From Octopus vulgaris (lineage: Eukaryota): a DNA stretch of 64,000 nucleotides. The position numbers were made by a program, and so were the translations under genes. The number at the start of each line of letters is the position of its first letter. Within the stretch, counting starts at the first letter, position 1. A model generated the notes under the pieces. That model was given only the letters and a program-made list of their open reading frames with translations, was not told where the DNA came from and made no database searches. This document shows, one piece after another, positions 39,876 to 52,855 of the stretch. Location: positions 71,982,001-72,046,000 of the forward strand of contig OX597820.1 in assembly GCA_951406725.2 (NCBI GenBank), in the 5' to 3' direction.

Positions 39876-41472
39876 TATTGATATGAGATTTAATCAAAAA
39901 TAAATTGTGAAGCTTGTTTTAGATTTAGCTGGTTGGATAAACACAGAATCTGGAGGTGGTGAAGATCTAGGGCTGATTTCTTTGGAGGGGTCAAGAGGAA
40001 TATGTTCATCAGGGTGATAAGTCAAAAAGTATGGGTTCAGTAACAGATGTTGAAATCCCAGGAGAAGGAGCACAAACTGGTGAAGGATTTTATAGAAAAA
40101 AAATATCAAGAAAATAGACTGAACTGGATGCTTCTTCCTTTCAATTATACTAAGCCATAGTTTTCTTGACTTCTTTTTTCAACCTGTAAAAACCATTCTA
40201 CATTACCATCCATAGCTTTAAGTATCTGTATTGCTTTAGCAGGTGTATAGAATTCCTCTGCCAACTATGTAGTTATAAATTTCCTTGTTTCTAGTACTTC
40301 CTCACCAATCTTCTTCTCCTCTTCCTTCTCACTGTTTTTCTTTTTCAATCCTGTCAACTCTTCATTCATCAGGTTTTCATTCTTATCCACTATCAACTGT
40401 CCAAAATCCTCTTAATCCACATCAAGACCAAGCTTTTTTTGGCAAACACTACTCTACAATTTTCCATGACTCTTATAAAAGTGTCAACATGAATGACATT
40501 CAAGGTTTTAAAATGTTTTCATAAAATTTTGCTGATACCATTTACACATTCTTTTGCAACACCTTCCTAGGTTTTAGCAATGTTCCTAATTGCCTTCAGA
40601 ATATTGTACCTGTTCCAAAAATGATAAGATGAGGCGATGTGGTCTGTTGCATCAAGCAATTTTACATTCATACATAAACTCTCAATTTAACATTTTATTA
40701 AACTACCTTCCTGTTTTGGAGTGTTGAAGTTACAGGCTGTTGCACACACATGCAAGCACAGATGCACACACTGGCACACATGCAAAGATATTCATTCTCT
40801 GTTATAAATATAGAGATAGAGAGAATGATGGATACATTCTACTACAAATATAATTCCATCCATGTGTGTGTGTGTGTGTGTTTGAGAGAGAGGCGGGTAG
40901 GAAGAATACTAAAACAACAGCAACAACATATACAGAAATAGTATTGGTCACAAACTTGTTCTGTTTATATGTTAAGCTCTAATATCAAACAAACTATATT
41001 TCTACGGCTGCCTAATTCACCTACTGAGCTGCTAGAAATAGCAGCCAAAATCTCTCAAATCACACTTCAGAAAAAAACATGTTGGATAATGAACTCCTGG
41101 GTTCTCTGCACATTTGGCAAAAGATGGGATGGTCGTAATTGGAATGCCTTTGATCATATGTCTATATGACCTGAGGTAAAACAAAAGCAAAATTAACAAT
41201 CAACCACAATGATTAGGTATATATAATAATTGTGTGTGTGTGTGTGTATACAGATATACATATATACTTAGTTTATTGGAATCAAGGAAATGCTTTTGCG
41301 TATGGTATTTAGGGCTTTCCTACTTAACTTATTAATATTACGGAAGACACTTTTCTGTTAATAATGTCTATTAACAAATTTTGTAAGCATCTAAATCCAT
41401 TTCTGTACTATCCATACCTTACCTTCAAATAGCATGAATGTGTGTGTGTATGTATGTGTATAAGTATGTGTG

Positions 41473-41518
<46 letters not shown>

Positions 41519-41592
41519 CGTGTGTATACATACATATATATATTAGGTATATCTATCTATCTATGTATCAATCTATCTATCTATCTACCTAC

Positions 41593-41656
<64 letters not shown>

Positions 41657-41695
41657 GATGATGATGATGATATATATATATATATATATATATAT

Positions 41696-41834
41696 ACTGT
41701 TGTGTCTGAGGAGAGTCATTCTCCTTTGGTGCTTTATAATTTAACACACTCACTGGTAAAATTACCACTTATTTTTTTTATTTTGTTTTTTGTATTTTTC
41801 TAAAATTTTTGTTGCCTCTTGCAACCTTTTCAAT
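41696..41834 (-). mobile_element. Short (TA)n-associated repeat with a degenerate hammerhead-like motif
   Basis: Minus strand TTGAAAAA-GGTTGC-aagag-GCAAC-AAAA-ATTT-TA (GAAA apparently decayed at a CpG); abuts (TA)n. Confidence 0.4.
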
Positions 41835-41864
41835 TGAAAAAAAGGAAGTGGGCATTTTATCAGT

Positions 41865-42305
41865 GAGTGTTGGACGATTTGACTGAGGTCTGACGGACCA
41901 GATGGCTGCACCAGACTCCAATCTGATCTGGCAGAGTTTCTACAGCTGGATGCCCTTCCTAACGCCAACCACTCTGAGAATGTAGTAGGTGCTTTTACGT
42001 GCCACTGGCACGAGGGCCTGTCAGGTGGTACTGGCAACAGTCATGCTCAGATGGTGCTTTTTATGTGCCACCTGCACAGGAGTCAGTCCAGCGGCACTGG
42101 CAACGACCTCACTTCAAATGTTTTTCACATGCCACCAGTACAGGTGCTAGTAAGGCGACGCAGGTAATGATCACGCTCGAATGGTGCTTTTTAACATGCC
42201 ATCGGCACGGAGGCCAGCTTGTTGCTCTGGCAACGATCTCACTCATATGGTACTCTTAGCGCTCCACTAGCAAGGTGCCAGTCATCGAATTTGATTTTGA
42301 TTTCA
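41865..42305 (-). mobile_element. RTE 3' UTR fragment with VNTR
   Basis: Reverse complement of the 38400-38870 region. Confidence 0.8.
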
Positions 42306-42321
42306 ATTCCAATTCACTATG

Positions 42322-42850
42322 GTAAAAATGTCACCATCCTGTGGGATTTTCCCAGTCAACACTAACAGAATGATCCAGGCTAATCAACCAAGCATAATTA
42401 TTAAAGACAAGGAAGGAAATACTTGTAAACTAATAGATGTAGGTGTTCCCACTGATAAAAATATATCTGTCAAGGAATTGGACAAATTAAGTAAATATAA
42501 AGACCTGAGAATTGAAATACAAAAGATGTGGCATCTTAAAACGAAAACTGTTCCTGTTATTGTGGGTGCCCTAAGTATGATACAAAAAGGGATGCCAGAA
42601 GCATCTAGATAAGATCCCAGGAGAACCATGTCTCAGAGAAATCCAAAAGATTGTGCTGACAAGTACTGCCCACGTCCTTAGAAAAACCCTATCCATTTAA
42701 ATGTCTGTGTTGTATTACATGATGATATTTTGCTACTTCCCCTCCCCAAGCTTTCAGTCATACTGTAACATCTCTTATCTTTCACTTTCCCCAGGATGCT
42801 GGGTGTGTCTCAGCAGGTGAGTGTAACAAAAATACTGATTAAAAGTAAAA
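42322..42850 (+). mobile_element. R4/Dong 3' fragment (REL domain plus 3' UTR), same subfamily as 7590-9895
   Basis: NTCKLIDVGVPTDKNISVKELDKLSKYKDLRIEIQKMWHLKTKTVPVIVGAL; 3' UTR very similar to 9750-9895; (TAA)n tail. Confidence 0.9.
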
Positions 42851-42861
42851 TAATAATAATA

Positions 42862-42898
<37 letters not shown>

Positions 42899-45030
42899 TA
42901 ATTGTTGTTGTCCATATCTTCTGCAATATCCATGAATAAGCACATTTATTTAACATTTCCTGGGATGTGTTTGATTGCTGGAAAAAAAATGAGAAGAGAA
43001 AAGAAGAAAGTCGTATTTTATGAGTAATTATTTTAACTTAATTATGCATTGCCAATTAATTAGCACTATAATTTGTTTTGATTTTTTTCTTTCTAACTCC
43101 ATTAACTGATGTTTAATCATTCAGTGGTCATTCAAATAAAATAAGAAGACAGCTAGAAATGTATAAATGCTGCTCCAAAAATATATGTGTTTATACAGTG
43201 GCTGAAGAGATGTGCAGTTAATTTACACTAAGAATGGCTGATACTCCATCATGATGTTTATCTTGTCAAAGAATAGTTACTCATCATCATCATCATCACC
43301 ATCATCACCATCATCATCATCGTCATCATTTAGTATCTGTTTACCATGCTGGCACAGGTTAGACAGTTTGACTGGAAACTGGTAAACCAGAGAGCCATAC
43401 CAGGTTCCAGTCCAGTTTGGCTTGATTTCTATGGATGGATTTCCTTCCTAACACTAACCACTCCAAAAGTGTAATGGGTGCCTTTTACATGTCACCGGTA
43501 TGGGTGCCTTTTATGTGTCACCAGGAAAGGTGCCTTTTATGTCTCACTGGCATGGGTGCTTTTTACATGTCACTGGTAATGGCTATGACTAGAATTTCAT
43601 TTGGCTTGACATGTCTTCTCAAGCACAGCTAAATTTTCAAAGGTCTCACTCACAAAATAAAGTGTGTATCCATCAAAATAAGCATTAAAAATATTTCCAT
43701 CCATCCATTCATACATGAAACCATTTGCACAAAAACCTAGAAATACTTGGTTTCACAGAAAAAGAGCAAAGGTAACTCATGCTGACTCTCTAAATCCAGT
43801 CTATTAGTGGCACAGTGAAAATTTGTAAGACATTCTCAAAGTTCTACATGAGAGATTTTTATGTGAATAGATGCACATGCTTGGGTGTATGCATCGACAG
43901 TTCAACCATCACACCAACTTGATCGCATATTTATGAACACCAGGAAATCTCTAAACTCAAAATGTCTGGTTGCTTTCTTATCAACCAGCTTGAACTTTCT
44001 CAAGATCTAAAATCAAACTAAAAAAGACGAATCATACATACAGGTTGTGGTAATGAAGTCCAATGAAATAGTGATATTTTGAAATCATTTAATATGTACA
44101 TTTCAGGTCTGCCTAATGTATAATAGGGAATGCATCCACTATGTAAGACCTTCCTCAGTTAAAACATTTCAACACATGCACACACACACACACACACACA
44201 CATGCACACACATACATCTTCATTGTTTTAATAGCTTCTGTAGTCTTCTATGGACCTTTGCTCTCACCTGTCACCCTAGGTATTGCCATAGTGGTGCGTG
44301 ATACACAAAAGCTGTACATGAATACTTGTAAAAGAATTCCACAAGATTTCTGAGTAGTAATCATCATTGTCATTTAATGTCTATCTTCCTATCTGGTATG
44401 GGTTGGACAGTTTGATAGATCCAATTGGTTTAAGGACTGCATTGTGCTCGCATGTTTGCTTCAGCATATTTTCTATAGCTGGATGCCCTTCCTAACACCA
44501 ACCATTTTATAGTGAGTACTGGGTTTTTCTCTTTTCATGGCACCAGCACTAGTGAAGTCACTACATAAATTGTGAGACTAAAAATGCTTTTGACCAAATG
44601 GGTCTACAATAAAGAGGGAGGCAGCCTTATGCTAGATAATGATGGATTAATGTCTGAGAGAAGGGGACCAGAGCAGAAAAGGTTCTGAGCTGAAGGAGAG
44701 CCACATAACAACTCATATTAAAGAAAAGAGGAGGGTTGGAGTGGACAGAGGAGGTGATAAGCACTCGTGCCAGTGCCACATAAAATACACTTGTGCCAGT
44801 GCCACATGCATACATGTATGCATGCACACATGCTTGTGTGTGTGTGTATGTTTATGCGTGTTTGCATGTGTGTGTGTGTTTGTGTGTGCTTCTGGTTTCA
44901 GTCATTGGACAGCAGTCATACTGAAGGGTTTAGTTGAGTAAAAGGATTCCAGTATTTATTTCATTCAGTACCTATTTAGATAAAATGGACTTGCTGCATT
45001 TTATCATTGCTACAAAACTGACTGCTAAAC

Positions 45031-45073
<43 letters not shown>

Positions 45074-45074
45074 A

Positions 45075-45405
45075 TTGAAGAAAATGGAATCAGCAAGAAG
45101 GAATACAGTTAGGCAGTTATTTTTTAATCACTACAATTGTTTCCACACAACGTAGTTCTCCAAAAACTACAGGTATTAAGTTATGCAACTGTTTTTTTGG
45201 GAGAACTACATTGTGTGGAAACAATTACAGTGACTCAAAAATAACTTTCCAACTGTACACCTTCTTGTTGACTCCAATTTCTTCAAATTTATATTCACAC
45301 ACTTGGAAGTATATAATAATGCTACTGGATAGTACGGGGAAATTCTGAGGGTGGATGAGCTTTATAAGGTACCCTGCCCCATTCCTAACAGAATATACTG
45401 TAACT
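45075..45405. repeat. Fold-back element: arms ~45075-45166 and ~45193-45286, unique tail to ~45405, in (TA)n
   Basis: Arms are diverged reverse complements; both outer ends meet (TA)n. Confidence 0.85.
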
Positions 45406-45676
45406 ATATATATATATAGTGACCTATCCCACTCAAAAGGTCTCTAAATAAGGTTTGTTTAAGGCTGATGAACGAAACACACATATTTCCAGAGGTGAAT
45501 TATTCAAATCCCAAATAGTTCCTCTCATCACATGGCTATGATGCTCCTCCATTACTTCTGCTTGTGATCAGAGATGCTCATATCGTCAGCCACTAATGGA
45601 CATGCTCAATTGGTTAAGGTCAAGCAACTAACAAGCAAATCTGTGGTATTGAGCAGAATATTTGCTGTAGCCCATC

Positions 45677-45739
<63 letters not shown>

Positions 45740-45740
<1 letters not shown>

Positions 45741-46091
45741 TATGTTTGACTTTTGCTTTATATTTGTACAAGTTGGCTCCAAGTCTCACCCAGAGACCTC
45801 AAGAGGCAACAGGTTGGAAGTTTGTATTGTTGTTATGCCTAGTGTGCCATATATTTGGTTTTGTATTGAGTGTTATGCTAGTGAATGCCTACAAAAGTTA
45901 TGTGTGTTTTAAAACTTGAGATTACATAGAAAGTATTTTGCGTAGGATATGAGCAGTTCCCGTTAGCACTATCTTTTGAATTTCTGCCATTTTGGGGTTT
46001 CCTAGTATCTGAGTTAGGTAACAATCTGCCCCTTTTGCTATCATTCCCAGGGCACCTATGACAACAGGTATTGTTTTAGTCTTCAGGTTCC
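45740..46091 (-). mobile_element. R4/Dong 3' stub (subfamily C)
   Basis: NLKTKTIPVVIGALGMIAKGADCYLTQILGNPKMAEIQKIVLTGTAHILRKILSM*; (TTA)n on both sides. Confidence 0.9.
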
Positions 46092-46123
<32 letters not shown>

Positions 46124-46126
<3 letters not shown>

Positions 46127-48870
46127 TAGTTTTATTTTATTTTTATAGCGTGCTTTCACTTCACTACCGAGCGCAGCTCTGTGTGCCTTGGGTATGTGCT
46201 GTGATTTGTTGTGATGCTCTGATGGTTATTGTATGGAAAGTGTTCTGCGTAGGATGTGTGCAGTGCCTAGTAGTGCAATTTTCTGTATGTTATATGTGTT
46301 TGTAATTCCTGGTGTTTTTGTTATGTATTTGTCTGAATATTTTTTTATCATGCCTAATGCACCTACTATGATAGGAATTGTTTCTGTTTTCAGGTTCCAC
46401 ATTCTAGTTATCTCTATTTCCAGGTCTTTGTATTTTGAGAGTTTCTCCATTTCTTTTAGAGACACGTTGTCATCTGCCGGTATTGATACATCAATTAGAA
46501 AGCATTTTTTTCTTCATGATCTCTGACAACTATATCTGGTCTGTTGGCCTTAATTTCTCTATCTGTGTGTATCGGCATATCCCAGAGTATGGTTGCTTTC
46601 TCGTTTTCTGTGACCTTTTCTGGTGTGTGCCTATACCATCTTTTTTCTGTTGTTATTCCATAATGTTGGCATAGCTTCCAATGTATGTAGGTTCCAACTC
46701 TGTCATGTCTGTGAATATATTCCTTTTTAGCCAGGACTGGGCAGCTAGAGATAATATGATTTATTGTTTCTTGTCCATCTCCACATATTCTGCAGTTACT
46801 TGTAATATTTCTTTTCATTACGTGTTTTTGGTAATTTCTGGTGGGGAGGCTTTGGTCTTGTGCTGCAATTAAAAATCCCTCTGTTTCTGCTTTGAGTCCT
46901 GAGCCTCTCAACCATTGCTGGGATTTTTCTTTGTCTATTTCTTTTGCGTTTAGTTTAGTGCAGTATTTACCATGAAGGGGCTTTTCTTGCCATCGTTTTA
47001 TCATGGCTCGTTGCTGTTCTATTTTTAGTTTGGATTTCATTTGTTTTATAGCTTTTGTTGTTTCTTCATCATCTTCTTCTTCTTTGTGTTTATTAGGTGG
47101 TATGATTTCTTGTTTGTATTTGCCAGCTTCCTTAAATACTGAGAACAGTTTTTTGTTTTGCTCGTGTTTTGCTGCTATCTGGATCAGTTTTCCTTCCTTC
47201 TGAAGTAGGTATTTTTGCAGTCCTATGGTGGTTATTTTATAGTAGTTTTCCAGCTGTATAAGGCCTCTACCACCTTCTATACGTTGTATATATAGTCTTT
47301 CTATGTCAGATTTTGGGTGATGCATCCTAGATCCTGTCAGTATTTTTCTTGTTTTCCTATCTATTTTGGACAGTTCATTTCGTGTCCAGTTAAGGATATT
47401 GTAGCTGTAACTTATAACTGAGACAGCTAAAGTGTTGATACCTATTATCTTGTTTTTAGCATTGAGCTCTGTTTTTAGTATTGATCTAACTCGTCTATAA
47501 TATTCTTTTTTATTTTCTCTTTCATTTGTGTGTGTTGTGTCTTATCTAGTTCATGGATTCCTAAGTATTTGTAAGTTTGGCTTTGGTCTAATTCTTTTAT
47601 TTCATTGGTTTTATCTAGTGTGATGTTGTTACTCTTAACTAGTTTTCCTCTTTTCATGGTTACTTTGGCGCATTTTTCTAATCCAAATTTCATATCTATT
47701 TCTTTGGTAAATCCATGAACTGTCTTTAATAGTGTTTCCAGCTGTTTGTCATTTGCAGCGTATAGTTTTAGGTCATCCATATATAAAAGGTGGCTGATCG
47801 TTTTGCCGTAACATTTATATCCGCATCCAGTTCTATTTAGCATATCAGATAGAGGTGACAGTGCCAAGCAGAAAAGGAGTGGAGAGAGCGTGTCTCCCTG
47901 GAATATTCCTCTTCTAATGGGGATGTCTTTGGTTTTCATGAGTCCCTCTTTTGTTTGGAGGTGTAGGACTGTTTGCCATTTATTCATAGAGTGCTCTATG
48001 AATTTTATGATTGTTGGTGCTACTTTGTTAATGGCTAGTGTTTCGAGGATCCATGTGTGGGGGATGCTATCAAACGCCTTTTGTAGTCAATCCAGGCCAT
48101 ACTGAGGCCTTTCTTCTTTCTGTGGCTGTCTTCAGTTACGGCTTTATTAATCATTAGTTGATCTTTACAGCCATATGAGCCCTTGTGGCATCCGTTCTGC
48201 TCTTCTGGGAACAGTTTGTTTTCGTCCAGGTGCTTGTTCAGCCTTTGCGATATCACTGCAGTAAATGCCTTGAAAATAGTAGGGAGGCAGGTTATTGGTC
48301 TGTAGTTTTCTGGTTTTGTTGTTTCATTTGATTTGGGAATTAAGATGGTTTTCCCCTTCGTGAGCCATTCAGGCATTGTCTCTGGCTCTGCTAGTATGCT
48401 GTTAAAGTTTTCAGCCAGCTTTTTGTGCATTCCTGTTAGATATTTCAACCAGAAGTTGGGGATCTTGTCATGCTCAGGTGCCTTCCAGTTGCTTAGTTTT
48501 TGCAGTGCCTGGGTGACCTCTTCAGTTGTTATGGGGGTCCAAAGTTGTTCAGATGCCGAGTTTGTTATTTTCATACTCCTTTTTTTTGGCTGTTCGTTCG
48601 CCGACCATATTTCTCTCCAGAATTCTTCCAATTCTTCTGCCGTTGGTGCTGCAGTGACTTCTATTTTATTTTTGCCCAGTTCTTGGTAGAACTTTTTGGG
48701 GTCGGAGTTGAACTTTTTGTTCTGTTCAAAGAAGCGTTGGCGTTTCTCGTACCGGCGGATCCTTTGAGCTTTGGCAAGGATATCTTGCTTCAGCTTTTCT
48801 TTTATCTCCGGCAAATCTTTTTCTGTGATGTTATATTTGCGGAGCATTTTTGTTCTCTTTTTGTTGCTTA
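46124..48870 (-). mobile_element. Young 5'-truncated R4/Dong-clade retrotransposon (RT, CCHC, REL), three -1 frameshifts
   Basis: Four ORFs join into one protein: 48847-48035 (PENYRPITCL, GCKDQL, AWIDYK), 47987-47475 (GIFQGDTLSPLLFC, YMDDLKL, FGLEKC, YKYLG), 47325-46495 (CRICGDGQETINHIISSC, RHDRV, NRPDIVV) and 46465-46226 (KYKDLEIEI). (TAA)n at the 3' end. Confidence 0.95.
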
Positions 48871-49000
48871 GTAGAGTTGCTTGTTTGCTGATTGTTGCTT
48901 AGTAGAGTTGCTTATTATTATTATTATTATTATTTTCACTATCATTATTATTATTATTTTTATCATTATTATTATTATTATCATTATTATTATTATTATT

Positions 49001-49400
49001 CTATGTTTGACTTTTGTATTATGTCTGTACAAGTTGGCTCCAAGTCTCACCCAGAGACCTCAAGAGAAAATGGGTTGGAAGTTCACGTTGTTGTTATGCC
49101 TAGTGTGCCATATATTTGGGGTTTTTTTGGTGTTGTACTAGTGAATGTCTAATACATAAATTAGAAAAAAAAAAAAAAATTTTTTTAAACCTTGGGATTA
49201 CATAGAGAGTATTTTGCGTAGGATATGAGCAGTTCCCATGAGCACTATCTTTTGAATTTCTGCCATTTTAGGGTTTCCTGGTATCTGAGTTAGGTAGCAA
49301 TCAGCCCCTTTCGCTATCATTCCCAGGGAACCTATGACAACAGGTATTGTTTTAGTCTTCAGGTTCCACATTTTGCTGATTTCTATTTCAAGATCTTTTT
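49001..49400 (-). mobile_element. R4/Dong 3' stub (subfamily C, second copy)
   Basis: KDLEIEISKMWNLKTKTIPVVIGSLGMIAKGADCY...GTAHILRKILSM*; 3' UTR closely matches 45740-45900. Confidence 0.9.
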
Positions 49401-49420
49401 TTATTATTATTATTATTATT

Positions 49421-49707
49421 ACACGAATGTGGCCGATGCCAGCGCCGCCTCGACTGGCTTCTGTGCCGGTGGCACATAAAAAGCACCAACCGATCGTGGC
49501 CGATGCCAGACTCCCCTGGCATCTGTGCCGGTGGCACGTAAAAAGCACCCACTACACTCGCGGAGTGGTTGGCGTTAGGAAGGGCATCCAGCTGTAGAAA
49601 CACTGCCAGATCAGACTGGAGCCTGCTGCAGCCCCTGGCTTCCCAGACCCCAGTCGAACCGTCCAACCCGTGCTAGCACGGAAAACGGACGTTAAACGAT
49701 GATGATG
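49421..49707 (+). mobile_element. Young RTE 3' end inserted in a (TTA)n tract
   Basis: CpG-rich copy of the VNTR / ggaagggcatccagc / (GAT)n family. Confidence 0.85.
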
Positions 49708-49717
49708 ATTATTATTT

Positions 49718-49771
<54 letters not shown>

Positions 49772-49774
<3 letters not shown>

Positions 49775-49945
49775 TTCCCATGACACTTTTGTGCTGTGAG
49801 ATGTACTGACACTATACCGAAAGAGTGAGCCATATCCAATGGCCAAAGTTCTTTTGGGTCATTCCTTCTCCTCCTTAGAATCCTTGCTGTTTCTAACAAG
49901 GCTCTTTTCTGCAACATTTCATCCTGATATTTATTTTTTTTCTTC
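49772..49945 (-). mobile_element. R4/Dong 3' stub (subfamily D)
   Basis: LQKRALLETARILRR matches the terminal LQK..LLGTARIL motif; (TAA)n tail at 49708-49771. Confidence 0.65.
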
Positions 49946-49949
49946 TAGA

Positions 49950-50312
49950 GTTGAATGGAAAGCAAGCCAGCGAGTGTGTTATTTAATAAGACATACAGAC
50001 AAAATGACTCTCCCCAGACACAACAAAACTTATTAACATTTTGTTGTAATTCCGTGTTGGTATTTCTTTTGCTCTATGTTGACATTGTAACTTGTTTCCA
50101 TATGATTCATATCAGACCTTAACCTTTGGGATAGAATGTTTCCTCTATAAAAGTCCTTTTATGATCTTCCTATATGTCCTCACTTTGCATTGAGTACTTC
50201 CCAGATAATTCTTGCTGAACCAAGCAAACAGGTTTTCTGCACTGCACCTACTCCCAGATTAAGATCCAGCTTTCAATGATTCACTCTCCAAATTTTTGAC
50301 AGTCCTTGAGGC

Positions 50313-50313
<1 letters not shown>
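49950..50313 (-). mobile_element. R4/Dong 3' stub (subfamily E)
   Basis: Minus translation LDLNLGVGAVQKTCLLGSARIIWEVLNAK* (stop at 50180-50182). Confidence 0.6.
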
Positions 50314-50354
<41 letters not shown>

Positions 50355-50870
50355 CCACCACCACCACCACCACCACCATCAACGTCATCCTCACCCTCCT
50401 CCTCCTTCTCATCATCATCATCATTTCACACTTGTTTTCCAAGCTGGCATGGGTTAGATGTCAGGAGCTGGGTAGCTGGAGAGCTGGCTAGGTTTTATTA
50501 ATAGTTGTCTGTTTTGTTGGAATGTTTTCTATGGCTAACACCAACCACTTTACAGAGTGTAGTGAGTGCTTTTCATGACACCAGCACTGGCACAAGTCCA
50601 TTTCATGTGGCACTGGCACGAGTGCTTATCATGTGGTGCTGGCATGAAGATTGCTTTTTATGTGGTGCTGGAACAAATGCTTTTTACATGGCACCAGCAC
50701 GAGTACTTTTAATGCAGTGCTGGTATGAGTGTAAAGACAAAATAATTCTCCCCAGACAACAAAATATGCTACAACACACGAATTCACATAAAGAATCTTG
50801 CAAACCAGATACAAAAACGAAGTTGATAACAAGGGTTTCTGTCATCAGCCACAATGACCTAAAACTTTAA

Positions 50871-51093
50871 CCTTTTAGAATTTAGATTTCTCTGTCAAAT
50901 GTAACACTTATTTATTCACATTGCTTTGAATTAATCGCACATTATCTTGTAGCTTTGAGGTTTTAGTGATGTATTTGTCTATTTGTTTGAGAATGGCATT
51001 GTAGGGTATGTGTGGGATGCCAGATCTAGTCAGTTTGAATATAAAGCAAATAAAATATACGGGCTGGATATGGCCAGTTTAAATGCTAAAGGG
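50871..51093. mobile_element. piggyBac-type MITE
   Basis: TTAA|CCTTTTAGAATTTA ... TAAATGCTAAAGGG|TTAA: TTAA TSD and TIRs. Confidence 0.85.
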
Positions 51094-51213
51094 TTAAGGA
51101 AATTACCAGCCCTGGTCAAACTGTCCAACCCATGCCTGCATGGACAATGCATGTTAAATGATGATGATGATGATGGATTACAAGCACAGTAATGGCATTA
51201 TATTAAAATAAAA

Positions 51214-51445
51214 GGGCGGCAAGGTGGCAGAATCATTAGCACGCCAGGCGAAATGCTTAGTGGTGTTTCACCTGCTGTTACATTCTGAGTTCAAATTTCA
51301 CCGAGGTCGACTTTGCCTTTCATCTTTTCAGGGTCGATTAAATAAATACCAGTTACACACTGGGGTCGATGTGATAGAGTTAATCTTTTTGTCTGTTCTT
51401 GTTTGTCCCCTCTGTGTTTAGCCCCCTGTGAGCAATAAAAAAATA
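51214..51445 (+). mobile_element. tRNA-derived SINE family B
   Basis: ggcggcaaggtggcagaatcattagc (A-box-like), gagttcaaattt (B-box-like), gaggtcgactttgcctttcatc, A-rich end. Confidence 0.85.
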
Positions 51446-51449
51446 TATA

Positions 51450-52855
51450 TTAAAATTTGGAAAGAGTATAGCCCAGATGTAATTGCATCAGTGGATCCCA
51501 ACAGAGATATATTCTCAAAACAGAAAAATATCAGAAAAGGAAATGGAAAATTTTTAAAGAAAAACTACATCAGAAAAATTCATGCAATAAACATAAAACA
51601 ACTAACAAAACTAATAACAATGAGAATATAAAAAAAAATAAGAGAGATATTAAATCATAACAATTCTAGATTATAGATCACCTACAGGCTAGTGACCAAT
51701 AAAAACTGAATCTGAACAACAGGCAAAAATCGAAATATAAAGGAATATGAGGAAGATTTAAGAATGGGAAATTCTAAATGTGTATGTCGTGTCTGTGATA
51801 ATCTAAAGCAGGAAATAATTCAAGGATTGTAAACAATGGATGTTTCTAAGGATCAACAGAAATAGCTCCCAATGATGAAATAACTTGTGGCCATCACAGG
51901 CTTAATTATAACAAACATAAACGTCGATACCATTTGGTTGAATGGAATAATGTGCACAGCAGCCACAGTAGTTTCAAAGTAAACTGGATATTTCCTTAAA
52001 TCTAGTCAAATAGGAAAACAACATGGAAAACAAATAATCAGGGTAAGATAGAAAATAAAAGAAAAAATTTCTCAATAAAATCAATAACAAAATAATGTAA
52101 CCAGAAAAGAAAAGAAAACTATGAAAGAAATATACCAAAAACATGTATTCTAAATCAAAGAACACCTGTAACAAAAGATACCTGTTAAATCACAAAAATC
52201 TGTTGGCATGAGAACAACACTTCTTTGAACAGAACAAACAGTTTGGTTCCAATCCATACAACTTTATAAGGAACTGGGTAAAAATAAAATAGAAATCAAT
52301 GTAGCATCAATAGCAAGTGATGTGGAATATATGTGCAGAGGTGTGTGGGTAGCTAAGAAATCCCCATGGACCAAGTTGCTCAAAAAAATGAACACAGGAT
52401 CTGAGCAATTATGGGACGCCATAACAACTGCAGAAGTTGTCATGATATGGGAAACTACATGAAAACACCAGAACATTAGATTCCAAACCTCTGGTTAAAA
52501 TATTCAATGGGGATATGTAAGTGACCAGCTGAGAAGTACAATGAGATATTGATGGAGTCAAAGCAACCCAAACTGGCTTACTGAAGAGGGAAAAAAAAAA
52601 CCTATCTTCATTTCCAAAATTAAAATAACAGTGAATCTTCAAATCTATAGACTCATAACCTGTTTACTTTCAGCCTACACAACCTTAAATGTAAAGAGTA
52701 AAGAATACCTGGAAAAAAAAAATAATAAACGTTTTCAGAAGAGCAGAAGGGATACTGCAAAGGTTTATATGGGTCTAAAAATTAATTACTGATGAACACA
52801 GCCATTTCCAAAGAAGGAAAAAAAGAGTCTAAGCTTGGCAGGGATTGCTTATCAG
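51450..52855 (+). pseudogene. Heavily decayed R4/Dong N-terminal and RT-start region
   Basis: FFEQNKQFGSNP, YKELGKNKIEI, SEQLWDAITTAEV, IPNLWLK, YRLITCL and EEQKGYCKGLYG align to the 48035-48847 ORF. The left boundary is uncertain. Confidence 0.75.

Noticed and set aside
45465-45478. CTGATGA-AC-GAAAC hammerhead-like string
   Set aside because: No room for stem II, and no stem I or cleavage triplet pairing; probably chance within an unclassified repeat (~45420-45680).
46740-46800. CRICGD motif resembling the nuclear-receptor finger
   Set aside because: It is the CCHC knuckle (C-x2-C-x8-H-x4-C) of the Dong ORF, unrelated to the C4 finger at 62.5 kb.
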